Positions 28,339-36,605 of a stretch of 37,340 nt of DNA are shown here, one piece after another. The stretch is from an uncultured archaeon (GTDB lineage: Archaea; Asgardarchaeota; Lokiarchaeia; Sigyniarchaeales; SOKP01): positions 13,298 through 50,637 of the forward strand of contig CAZDTP010000021.1 in NCBI GenBank assembly GCA_964508365.1, read 5' to 3'. The position numbers and the translations under genes are program-made. How positions within the stretch are numbered: the first letter of the stretch is position 1; the number at the start of each line of letters is the position of its first letter. The notes below the pieces were generated by a model that was given only the letters and a program-made list of their open reading frames with translations, had not been told where the DNA came from and searched no databases.

Positions 28339-29358
28339 ATGGCACATGAAGAATACAGGAATTTTTCAAAAAAGACAGAATCTCTTGTAAAGCCTAAAGA
28401 TGTGACTGCCATTAGCTTTTTGAGCAGTTTCAGTAAATCTCTTCCTAAAAAAACACAACATAAATTTACGCAGAGCGGCAAGAAAAGAATTCCTTATATG
28501 GGATTCATAGTAGATCCCTATTGTTTATTTCTATCTTTTAAGATAAAAAATACTTCAGCAGCGCAAGAGATGCTCCCCGATGGATATGAACTAGCAGAAG
28601 CCTCAATCTTCAAGAACGATGCAAAGTTTCCCATGGCAATTGCAAGCGTATTTACCGCTCGAACATCAGGATTTATAGGCATGCGAATCGAGTTTTATAT
28701 TATTGCTCGCAACAAAGAAACTGGGTTGTTATCTTGGATCATTTGTGATTATGAAACGAATACTAACAGCTATGACCCAAAGAATGGATTTTGTGGTTAC
28801 ACTTGTGATCCAGCCGTGTTTACAACCACATACTTTGGGGAGTTACTGGTTGATATTAAGAATCACACCAATAATAAAGAATTCATTGTATCGGTTGACT
28901 TAGAAAAAGGTGATTCAAGGGAATTGGAAGAATCTCTCTGGATTGAAGGAAATCTTATTGTCGATTATGGAGGCGAGCTAAAAAATGATTTTTCAGAGCC
29001 TTTCAGCCTGCTTTTTGACCCAGATATGGTGAAAGAAGCGGTAAACATACCTCTAGAACACATTTCACTCAAGGCAAACTCCTATCTGGGTAATATTATT
29101 GATCCTGTTAAGCCAGTAAACGCAGTTATCTTTCCTTATAGTCAGCACTTCATTATTAAGCAAGATCTGGAAAAGTATGCGGTTAAAAACCAAAAGGATT
29201 TAGATCTTCAAATTAAGTCTTTCCTTAGCAGAACTGGATTTAAAACCATGTCAGGTGATGATATAAAAAAACCCATTTATGGAATGGTCTTAATTTCTTA
29301 CCTAGTACTTATCAGTATAATTGTATATTTACTAATAAGACTTTATTTATTTGGGTAA
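28339..29358 (+). CDS. Hypothetical protein with C-terminal TM helix (paralog B of the upstream gene)
   Basis: Shared motifs along the full length, including FPxxQHxI and KT+S before the TM helix. Confidence 0.75.
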   Translation: MAHEEYRNFSKKTESLVKPKDVTAISFLSSFSKSLPKKTQHKFTQSGKKRIPYMGFIVDPYCLFLSFKIKNTSAAQEMLPDGYELAEASIFKNDAKFPMAIASVFTARTSGFIGMRIEFYIIARNKETGLLSWIICDYETNTNSYDPKNGFCGYTCDPAVFTTTYFGELLVDIKNHTNNKEFIVSVDLEKGDSRELEESLWIEGNLIVDYGGELKNDFSEPFSLLFDPDMVKEAVNIPLEHISLKANSYLGNIIDPVKPVNAVIFPYSQHFIIKQDLEKYAVKNQKDLDLQIKSFLSRTGFKTMSGDDIKKPIYGMVLISYLVLISIIVYLLIRLYLFG

Positions 29359-29720
29359 AAACCTCATTTTTTATTTTTCATTAAATTCTTGGCACTATTC
29401 TATATGAAAAAAAAGTCGTATGTGCATTAGAAAGTGCTTTATGAACCACGAATAGGTTTATTAAGGAAAATTAATAACATCAATCTACTTAAATAAATTA
29501 AGGTAATAGCTCGTATTATTATTAAATAGTAGTGATATAAAATCAGAAAGCAAAATCTAACGGTGAAAAATCCTGTCAGAAAATAAAGAGTGAGAATTGG
29601 AACGCTTTTTGGCAACGCTTTAAATAAATTTAAATCACCTAATAAACTTAAACTCCTACCTGCTTAAAATTCATAAATACAATTAGGAAAATTTATGATT
29701 TATAAAATGTTATAAGACAC

Positions 29721-30176
29721 ATGGTAGAACTGGATCAAATCTATAAGGTGCATGAAAATTTATATATCGGTGCATATTGGCCAAGGTTAAACTTTGAAAA
29801 ATTTAAAGACATAGGTATTACTGCTATTGTGAATTTAATGGAAGAAAATTACTATGATCCTACAGATCAAGGATTTAATTACCTTTTTAAAGGATTCCCC
29901 GACGACTGGTACCCTCCGCATAGCTACATTTCTGAGATTTTAGAATTTATAGATAATAACATTGAACATGGAAAGGTTTTAGTTCATTGCGCAATGGGTA
30001 TTTCCAGAAGTGGAGGGATTATTGTAGCTTGGTTATTAAAGAATAATCCAAAATGGAGTTGGAGTGATGCGATGAATTATGTAAATAAATCAAGACTGAT
30101 ATTTCCTGCCATCGAAATAAAAGAGTCCGTACTCGATTATTTTGAGTCAATACAAGGATATAGAAGAGGAAAGTGA
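29721..30176 (+). CDS. Dual-specificity protein phosphatase family protein
   Basis: VLVHCAMGISRS (HCxxGxxRS) P-loop; acidic loop GFPDD; 151 aa. Confidence 0.92.
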   Translation: MVELDQIYKVHENLYIGAYWPRLNFEKFKDIGITAIVNLMEENYYDPTDQGFNYLFKGFPDDWYPPHSYISEILEFIDNNIEHGKVLVHCAMGISRSGGIIVAWLLKNNPKWSWSDAMNYVNKSRLIFPAIEIKESVLDYFESIQGYRRGK

Positions 30177-30331
30177 GATTTTTCAAACTCTATTTTAATT
30201 CTTTCAACTTTAAAATTTATCTGCTTATTTAATTGTTTTTCTTTTCCTTAAATTTTTATTGGTATTCTAAGGTAATCAAAGTAATATTTACCCAATAATT
30301 AGATTAAATAAAGTTTTACGAGTATTATATT

Positions 30332-30625
30332 TTGCCACATCGAAATAGTGTAAAAAACGAAAGAATATCATTTTATTTCGATATAATTTCAGGAACCGTT
30401 ATATCATTAGTCTCGATATTTTGCATTATTTTCGTCTCTATAACGGAGGGTATTAAAAATTTTTCAATTTTCTATGTGCTAGGACTAGGATTTTGGATAG
30501 GTTGGTTAGGATTATCAATATTTCTTATAATAGTCGGCATTAAATCCTACTACAACGAAAAACATTTCAGATTAACCGGTGAACAAAAAAAAGCGAGAAA
30601 ATTAAAAGCCCCAATAGTAAGCTAG
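30332..30625 (+). CDS. Small two-TM membrane protein
   Basis: Two hydrophobic helices and a basic C-tail; TTG start uncertain. Confidence 0.6.
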   Translation: MPHRNSVKNERISFYFDIISGTVISLVSIFCIIFVSITEGIKNFSIFYVLGLGFWIGWLGLSIFLIIVGIKSYYNEKHFRLTGEQKKARKLKAPIVS

Positions 30626-30764
30626 CTCATAAGATTAAAGTACTAATTCTAAACAACTTTAATAAATTGACCTTTTCAGTTTTTAACATAAATATTTAAG
30701 ATCAGCCTTAGATCATTTAATAAAAATTATAGTTCAATAAAGAGAAGAAAAAGGAGAAATTAAA

Positions 30765-31100
30765 ATGCCTGAGTTTGAAGAAAATGTTTTAAGCTTGCTC
30801 AAAAAAATAGATGAAAAACTTGATAGACTACTTGGTGCTAAAGGATTTGAAACCGATTCGAAGCCTTCAATTGCTCAAAAAAAAGAAGTATATGTTAAAC
30901 CGTCTGCTGTAGTTGAAAAAGAGGAGGAAGAGGAAAAAGCGAAAATAAATCCACCCGTTGAAGGAAGAAGAGTTTGTCCTGCATGTGGAGGAATAGCTTT
31001 CAACACAGAAGAAGATAAATCTCAAATATTATTTCAACAAGGTGGAATGAAAATTTTCGCAAAACGGTATATTTGTAGAAATTGTGGAACGGAAGCTTAA
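30765..31100 (+). CDS. Small protein: short coiled coil, charged linker, C-terminal Zn ribbon
   Basis: AAGGAG SD; VLSLLKKIDEKLDRLL; CPAC...CRNC. Confidence 0.85.
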   Translation: MPEFEENVLSLLKKIDEKLDRLLGAKGFETDSKPSIAQKKEVYVKPSAVVEKEEEEEKAKINPPVEGRRVCPACGGIAFNTEEDKSQILFQQGGMKIFAKRYICRNCGTEA

Positions 31101-31329
31101 ATCAGAACGACTAAAATGTTTTTTTAAAAACACATCCATAGAAGCTTTGTAAATAACGATGGATTTAAAGTGATTAGGAAATCATTATATCCAAAGACAC
31201 ATAAAAAAATGTTGAAGTAACTCAATATTATACTTACAGTTTTAACTATGCAAATCCAATTGGAAATTGCTTGATTACGATAATAAAATTTAATTTTAAT
31301 CTTACTTTTCTCTTCGTAGTGAAATTTTT

Positions 31330-31968
31330 ATGGCTAACGAAGAAATTATTATCCAAATTATGTTTATTACTCTCGCAATGATTGGTTTAGGCGAGATTCT
31401 CAATAGGATTATGGGTTTAAACATGGACTCTGCAAAAGAAATAAGAGAAAAATCAAAAAACCTACAAGAACGAATGAAAACCGCTAGACTTACAGGGAAT
31501 TCTCAAGACATGTTTGAACTCCAACAAGAATCAGTCGCATTGACGAAATTAATGATGAAAAAGCAGATGATCCCCTCATGCGTAAGATGTTTTATTTTTA
31601 TAGGAATATTTGCTTTGATAGGCGCTATTTACGCAGCTTACGCAGAAAATTTGCTTCCGTTTCCAATACTGATATTCGGTTCTGGTTGGTTTGCTGTATA
31701 CTTCTTGTTCTCTCTCAGCTTTAGTCTTATCCTCTATGGAATTAAAAGACTTTATAGGAAACTAACTGGTAAAGAAGACAAGCGAAAAAAGGCATCAAAA
31801 GAAATTTTAGGCATGCTTTCGCCGGGATCAGGATATCAGTCGGGTAATATCCAGTTAACAAGATCAATTTCTAATAGACCCCCGCGAGATAATGTTGATG
31901 ATGGTAAGCAAGAGGATAGTGATAGACCACCTAAAAGCGATTCATGGAAAGATCGAATACAAAAATAA
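31330..31968 (+). CDS. EMC3/TMCO1 (DUF106, Oxa1 superfamily) membrane protein
   Basis: TM1, cytosolic coiled-coil hairpin (KEIREKSKNLQERMKTAR...ELQQE...MMKKQMIP), further TMs, GSGW.AVYFLFSL. Confidence 0.75.
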   Translation: MANEEIIIQIMFITLAMIGLGEILNRIMGLNMDSAKEIREKSKNLQERMKTARLTGNSQDMFELQQESVALTKLMMKKQMIPSCVRCFIFIGIFALIGAIYAAYAENLLPFPILIFGSGWFAVYFLFSLSFSLILYGIKRLYRKLTGKEDKRKKASKEILGMLSPGSGYQSGNIQLTRSISNRPPRDNVDDGKQEDSDRPPKSDSWKDRIQK

Positions 31969-32000
31969 TTACATCAAAAACCAAGTTCATCTGATTAAAA

Positions 32001-32480
32001 ATGACAGAAAAAAACATTATTAAGAAACAGATGACTCTTTATTTTATTTTTGCAGTTTGTATGATCCTCTTAAATTACATTATACAAAAAATTAATCAAC
32101 TTGCTATTTCTCCCTATTTATGTTCTGTGTTCGGAGGAAATGATTTTATTCAAGTTCTATATTGTTCTACAAACCCTATAAATATGCCTGTACTAATAGG
32201 TTCTATCGTAGCAACCGGAATAACTTATATCATTAAGTTTTTCTTAGATAAGTACCTAGTCTTCAAAAAAACCAGTCTAAAGATCAAAGAGACTTCAGAA
32301 GAGTTTTCCAAATACTTTGGATTTGCGATTTTAACTACGATTGAAAATATTGGAATCCAATTTATCTTAACCAACGTATTTAATGCACCTTTAGAGGTAA
32401 GCGTTATCATCGCATTGTCTATTGGTTATGTATCTAAATTCTTTTTAGATAGAAAATATGTGTTCACCAAAGAATACTGA
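32001..32480 (+). CDS. GtrA family membrane protein
   Basis: 4 TM; repeated KFFLDK/RKYVF motif and FSKYFGFA. Confidence 0.8.
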   Translation: MTEKNIIKKQMTLYFIFAVCMILLNYIIQKINQLAISPYLCSVFGGNDFIQVLYCSTNPINMPVLIGSIVATGITYIIKFFLDKYLVFKKTSLKIKETSEEFSKYFGFAILTTIENIGIQFILTNVFNAPLEVSVIIALSIGYVSKFFLDRKYVFTKEY

Positions 32481-32547
32481 GTTTTCTTCTTCTTTTCAAT
32501 TTTACTCCATTAATTTTTAATACTATTAATTTATTATTTTTAATATT

Positions 32548-33828
32548 ATGTCACAAGAACAGCGGGATCAAAAAGAAGAAGACACATCGATGGTAGATGC
32601 ATTAAGTTCACTTGGTTGGATTGAAGAGAAAGAGGAAGAAGAAGGACTCCCTGTTTCTGAAGTAGAATCTTTAAAAAAACAACTAAATCTCTTTCTAGAA
32701 CAGAACAGACAACTAACTGAAGAAATCGCTAATCTCAGAGAAGATAATGAAAGTCTTAAAACAATAATAGATTCTTTTCAACACAAGAAGGAAAAGACCA
32801 TTCAATTATCAAAAGAAAATAATGATGCAATTGATAATTTATTGCACACAATTGTTCAAAAGGATGAGTTAATAAAAGATCTCGAATCAAAAATTGATTT
32901 CTTAAATGAAACTCAAGTAAATGATTCAGATATTAGTATATCAATTCAAAATAAAGAAAAGGAAATTGAAGCGTTAAAAACTCAGCTAGAGGATAAAAAT
33001 CATATAGTTTTAGAATTCAAAACTTCGAACCAAGAAAAAAATCAAGTGATCCAGAACCAATCTATAGAGCTTGAGAGATTAAATAAAATAGTTACAGATC
33101 AAACTCAAAAAATTCGATCTGTATCATCTGACATAGAGACGCTAAGATCAGACCAACAAACGAACAAAGGAATAACTGAGAAATTGGATGAAAAAGAAAA
33201 CAAGATAAAAGAATTAATGGAACAAATTCAATATTTAGAGAATGATACAATCCAAAAATCAAAATTCGAGAAGCAACAGATATTACTTGAAAAAAAAGAT
33301 GAGATAATCACTGAAAAAGAGAAAGAAATTTTCGATCTTGAAAACACACAACAAGCAGCAAACCAATCAATAAAAGACTTACAGCAGAAGTTAGAAACTT
33401 TTAGCCTTGTAAAAAAAGACATAGAAAAAAAGGAAGAACGCATCAAAAACTTGGTTTTAGAAATTGAGAAATTAACTCAAAAAAACATAACGAATGAAGA
33501 GTTTATTAACCAAATTCAAGCTCGATTGGAAGAATCTCAAGAAAAATCTGGTAATATAACTGGAAAATTTGAATTAGAAATAATGAATTTAAGAAATTTT
33601 AACGACGAGCAAATAGCAGAAATCAAAATGTTAAGAGAAATTGGTAATGATCTGAAAAATAAACTACAAGAATCTGAACAAATTGAAGATCGGATTCTTA
33701 CGGAAATGCAAAATGTTAAGGACGAGAAACTCAAACTAGAGTCTGCACTTGATAACAAAGAGAAGGAACTAATCGAGTTAAAGAAAAAAATTAAAATTAT
33801 GCGGAGAGATATAAAGTCATCATCATAA
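32548..33828 (+). CDS. Long coiled-coil protein
   Basis: 426 aa, E/K/Q/L/I-rich heptads almost throughout; no TM or globular domain recognised. Confidence 0.85.
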   Translation: MSQEQRDQKEEDTSMVDALSSLGWIEEKEEEEGLPVSEVESLKKQLNLFLEQNRQLTEEIANLREDNESLKTIIDSFQHKKEKTIQLSKENNDAIDNLLHTIVQKDELIKDLESKIDFLNETQVNDSDISISIQNKEKEIEALKTQLEDKNHIVLEFKTSNQEKNQVIQNQSIELERLNKIVTDQTQKIRSVSSDIETLRSDQQTNKGITEKLDEKENKIKELMEQIQYLENDTIQKSKFEKQQILLEKKDEIITEKEKEIFDLENTQQAANQSIKDLQQKLETFSLVKKDIEKKEERIKNLVLEIEKLTQKNITNEEFINQIQARLEESQEKSGNITGKFELEIMNLRNFNDEQIAEIKMLREIGNDLKNKLQESEQIEDRILTEMQNVKDEKLKLESALDNKEKELIELKKKIKIMRRDIKSSS

Positions 33829-33892
33829 TCTTTAGTGTTAGCTTTATTTTAAAAAAAGATAAAAAATATTTGTTTAATTTTTATTTCGGGGG

Positions 33893-34909
33893 TTATTTCT
33901 CCCTCCATTCGATACCACATTGGCCACACTTGTACTTTTTCCCGTATACGCGGGGGTAATCTAATATAATATTGCTTTTATCAATACTTTCGTGGATCAT
34001 AAGTTTGTCTTCGATATTACACTTAGGGCATCTTCTACGGCCATCAGATTTTTCGATGGTTAAGATTGAATCGTCCTTAAAACCGGGGATTCCTGGACCT
34101 GCACTTGAAGCACTTGATTCCTTAAGGTGAGCAATATCTGCTATAACTTCATCAGCAATTTCCTCTCTTACCTCTGATTTAAATTCAGGTTGGATTCCCA
34201 TAGCTTTTCTATCAGCTTCAGTTTCAGGTTCTAATGGGGATTCAGCTCTTAATTGAACTGCATCTGATTCTTTATAATCTTTTCCACGATCTAATGCTGC
34301 TAAAAATTCAGCGTCGTCTCCTTCTTCGAAGATTTGCTCATTTTGAGCTCCTGCTCTTTCTGAATCAATATTACGTGCCCATTGACCAGCTTTGACTTTT
34401 TCTTTAACATTGCAAGTTTCTCCTTGCCATATATATACTTTATTACCTAAATCAGCCACGAAACAATCTTCAGAATCTAACGAGTTTTTGGAAAAAGGAA
34501 CTTGAATCATTTTCATGGAATTAATACCTTCAAATTCTTCGGCTGAAACACGGTAAAGAATGTTGCTCCACTCTTCAAATCCCGCCCAATCTCCTGTAGA
34601 TACATCTTTTAACAGTGTCTTTGCGTAATTCTTTTCAACAACCTTCATCGCGCCCATCGAATTAATAGTTTTCATGAAATTGGGGGTTTCTTGCTTTTCA
34701 TCAACCGTAATAATTTTAGCTGCCCCACCTCTTTGCTGGTCTAAAGTTCGGGCTTGAGCTGCTCCCGCTGTCTTTTCATCTACGCTACATTTACTCCCAA
34801 TCCATACATATATTGTATTACCATCGTCAAGAACGTAAACGTCTCCTGTAGAAAATATGGGTTTTGAAATCTCTTTCAGGTTACCTTGTTCAACTAAAAA
34901 TAGTTTCAT
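33893..34909 (-). CDS. Two-domain gelsolin-like protein with C-terminal Zn ribbon
   Basis: Repeat 1 FSTGDVYVLD...YVWIGSKCSVDEK; repeat 2 LDSEDCFVAD...YIWQGETCNVKEK; C-terminal CPKC...CGQC; GAGG SD. Confidence 0.92.
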   Translation of the reverse strand: MKLFLVEQGNLKEISKPIFSTGDVYVLDDGNTIYVWIGSKCSVDEKTAGAAQARTLDQQRGGAAKIITVDEKQETPNFMKTINSMGAMKVVEKNYAKTLLKDVSTGDWAGFEEWSNILYRVSAEEFEGINSMKMIQVPFSKNSLDSEDCFVADLGNKVYIWQGETCNVKEKVKAGQWARNIDSERAGAQNEQIFEEGDDAEFLAALDRGKDYKESDAVQLRAESPLEPETEADRKAMGIQPEFKSEVREEIADEVIADIAHLKESSASSAGPGIPGFKDDSILTIEKSDGRRRCPKCNIEDKLMIHESIDKSNIILDYPRVYGKKYKCGQCGIEWREK

Positions 34910-35034
34910 AAAACATTCCTCAAATAGAAATTTTTTTAGAAATCTTTATATTAGATATAAACTCAAGCTTTTTAATTTATTGCAAAAACAAATAAAAGCA
35001 AATGGGGTAATATATAGAAAATATCAGAGTTAAA

Positions 35035-36414
35035 TTAAAAATCTCTTAATGCGTGATCAATTCTACTTACGAACTCTGCAATCTTTCTTAAATCGATTGA
35101 GCAGTAAGCGATTCTAATCCCATTAATGTTATCATGTTGTTTTTCAATAGGAATTACGCCAACTTTATATTTTTTTAATAGATGATCCGCAAAGTCATTC
35201 GCTTTGATTACTTCTGGGTTTAAATTAACAAATATAAAGAAACCCCCAGCGTTTGAGTCTACCGATATGTTTTCGTTTTTTATTTTCCTAAACTCAGCAT
35301 TGATTTTCTCATATCTCTCTTTAAGGAGATGCTTAACTTTTTCTCGTTTTTGTATCAAGCCATCCATTCCAATATCGTCAAAGAGCTTAAGAGTTAGACT
35401 TTGATAAAAATGATTAGAGTTTGAGATCGTAGTCCTAAGTAAGCCAGAAAGTTTATTATCGATTTCAGCTTTCAAAGTTGTTAATTCTTGCGCATTTTTA
35501 ACCCAGTGAGGTTTTAATCCAATTGTAATGAATCCAATGCGCCCTCCATAAAGTAATAGCTCTTTAGTAATTCCATCTAACTTAATTGGAATTATGTCCT
35601 CCTCTAGTTCGTGCAATGCGTAAAAAATCGAGCGATTAATTACTTCCTTAGAATAAACATAGGGTTCGTAAGCGTCGTCTACTAAAATTATGATCGGTTT
35701 AGAAATAGTTTTTTGTGCTTCTATTAAAGCATTTAGTATCTCTGCTAATTCTTCCTGATTAGGGATATAACCCGTAGGATTATTAGGAAATCCTAAAATA
35801 AGAATAATTTTTTCTTGAACCTTTGATATTTCGTAAATAGCATTTTTCATTCCATTGATGTTGAAATTTTCACCTGAAAAAAAATCAAACGATTTAATTC
35901 TGGCCCCGATTAATTTCTCAACGATGTTATCGTAATTTCCCCATCTCTTATTAGGTGATATAATAAAATCTCCCTGGTTTAGGAACAGTGAACAGCAAAA
36001 AAATATCCCGTTTGTTAACCCCGCAGTAACTACAGGTGTAGTAACAAAATTCTCAAGTTTATTTAGCTTATCTTGTTCAAAATCTATGTTATAACAAGAT
36101 TTTTTGATTATCCAATTTTTCCAAGAATTTTTTAAATCCTCAAGCCCAGAAATCTGAGGATATGGTACAACTTCGTTCACATTTAACTTAGTATAATTCT
36201 TTATATCTTCTAGATACAACGGGACCCATTCGGGAGTTCCTCCCTCAATAAAATCTTCCTCGAAGCCATAAGCAGATCCGAGAGTACCATTAATTTCGGC
36301 TTCTTTTTTTGCTCTTCCAGACCAATGAAAGACTCCCTGAGGCAAATAAATGCGTTTTCCTTGTTCTGATAAGGCATTATAGAGAGGAGTTTTTTTTATC
36401 ATTTTAAACTCCAT
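35035..36414 (-). CDS. Class I/II PLP-dependent aminotransferase
   Basis: GFPNNPTGY, VDDAYEPY, DGITKE PLP-lysine, GGRIGF, GIRIAYCS. Confidence 0.9.
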   Translation of the reverse strand: MEFKMIKKTPLYNALSEQGKRIYLPQGVFHWSGRAKKEAEINGTLGSAYGFEEDFIEGGTPEWVPLYLEDIKNYTKLNVNEVVPYPQISGLEDLKNSWKNWIIKKSCYNIDFEQDKLNKLENFVTTPVVTAGLTNGIFFCCSLFLNQGDFIISPNKRWGNYDNIVEKLIGARIKSFDFFSGENFNINGMKNAIYEISKVQEKIILILGFPNNPTGYIPNQEELAEILNALIEAQKTISKPIIILVDDAYEPYVYSKEVINRSIFYALHELEEDIIPIKLDGITKELLLYGGRIGFITIGLKPHWVKNAQELTTLKAEIDNKLSGLLRTTISNSNHFYQSLTLKLFDDIGMDGLIQKREKVKHLLKERYEKINAEFRKIKNENISVDSNAGGFFIFVNLNPEVIKANDFADHLLKKYKVGVIPIEKQHDNINGIRIAYCSIDLRKIAEFVSRIDHALRDF

Positions 36415-36605
36415 GATATTTGATGTAATAATTCCTCGAATTAAAGTTTTTAAGCTGAATGCTATATGTTTTTATTAACCTTTTAAGAATTGAGAAGTAT
36501 TGTGAAAAAAATCTTAAAGAATGACCTATATGGTGAATTTAAATAGAACTAAGGTATATAATCTAATATAAATAATGAAAATAGTATGAGAAATCGTATC
36601 TAAAA

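Noticed and set aside
29359-29720. Possible ncRNA in a 362-bp intergenic gap (AACGCTTT direct repeat, TTTAAAT-AA-ATTTAAA hairpin)
   Set aside because: No GC-rich stems or recognisable RNA family features; consistent with ordinary AT-rich promoter and terminator sequence
13349-32480. Selenocysteine read-through at TGA stops (13349, 23723, 25661, 30176, 32480)
   Set aside because: Each TGA checked is followed by a nearby stop or low-complexity sequence with no protein-like continuation, and none sits in a redox motif
32548-33828. SMC/Rad50 or chemotaxis receptor annotation for the coiled-coil protein
   Set aside because: No Walker motifs, hinge, zinc hook or TM segments
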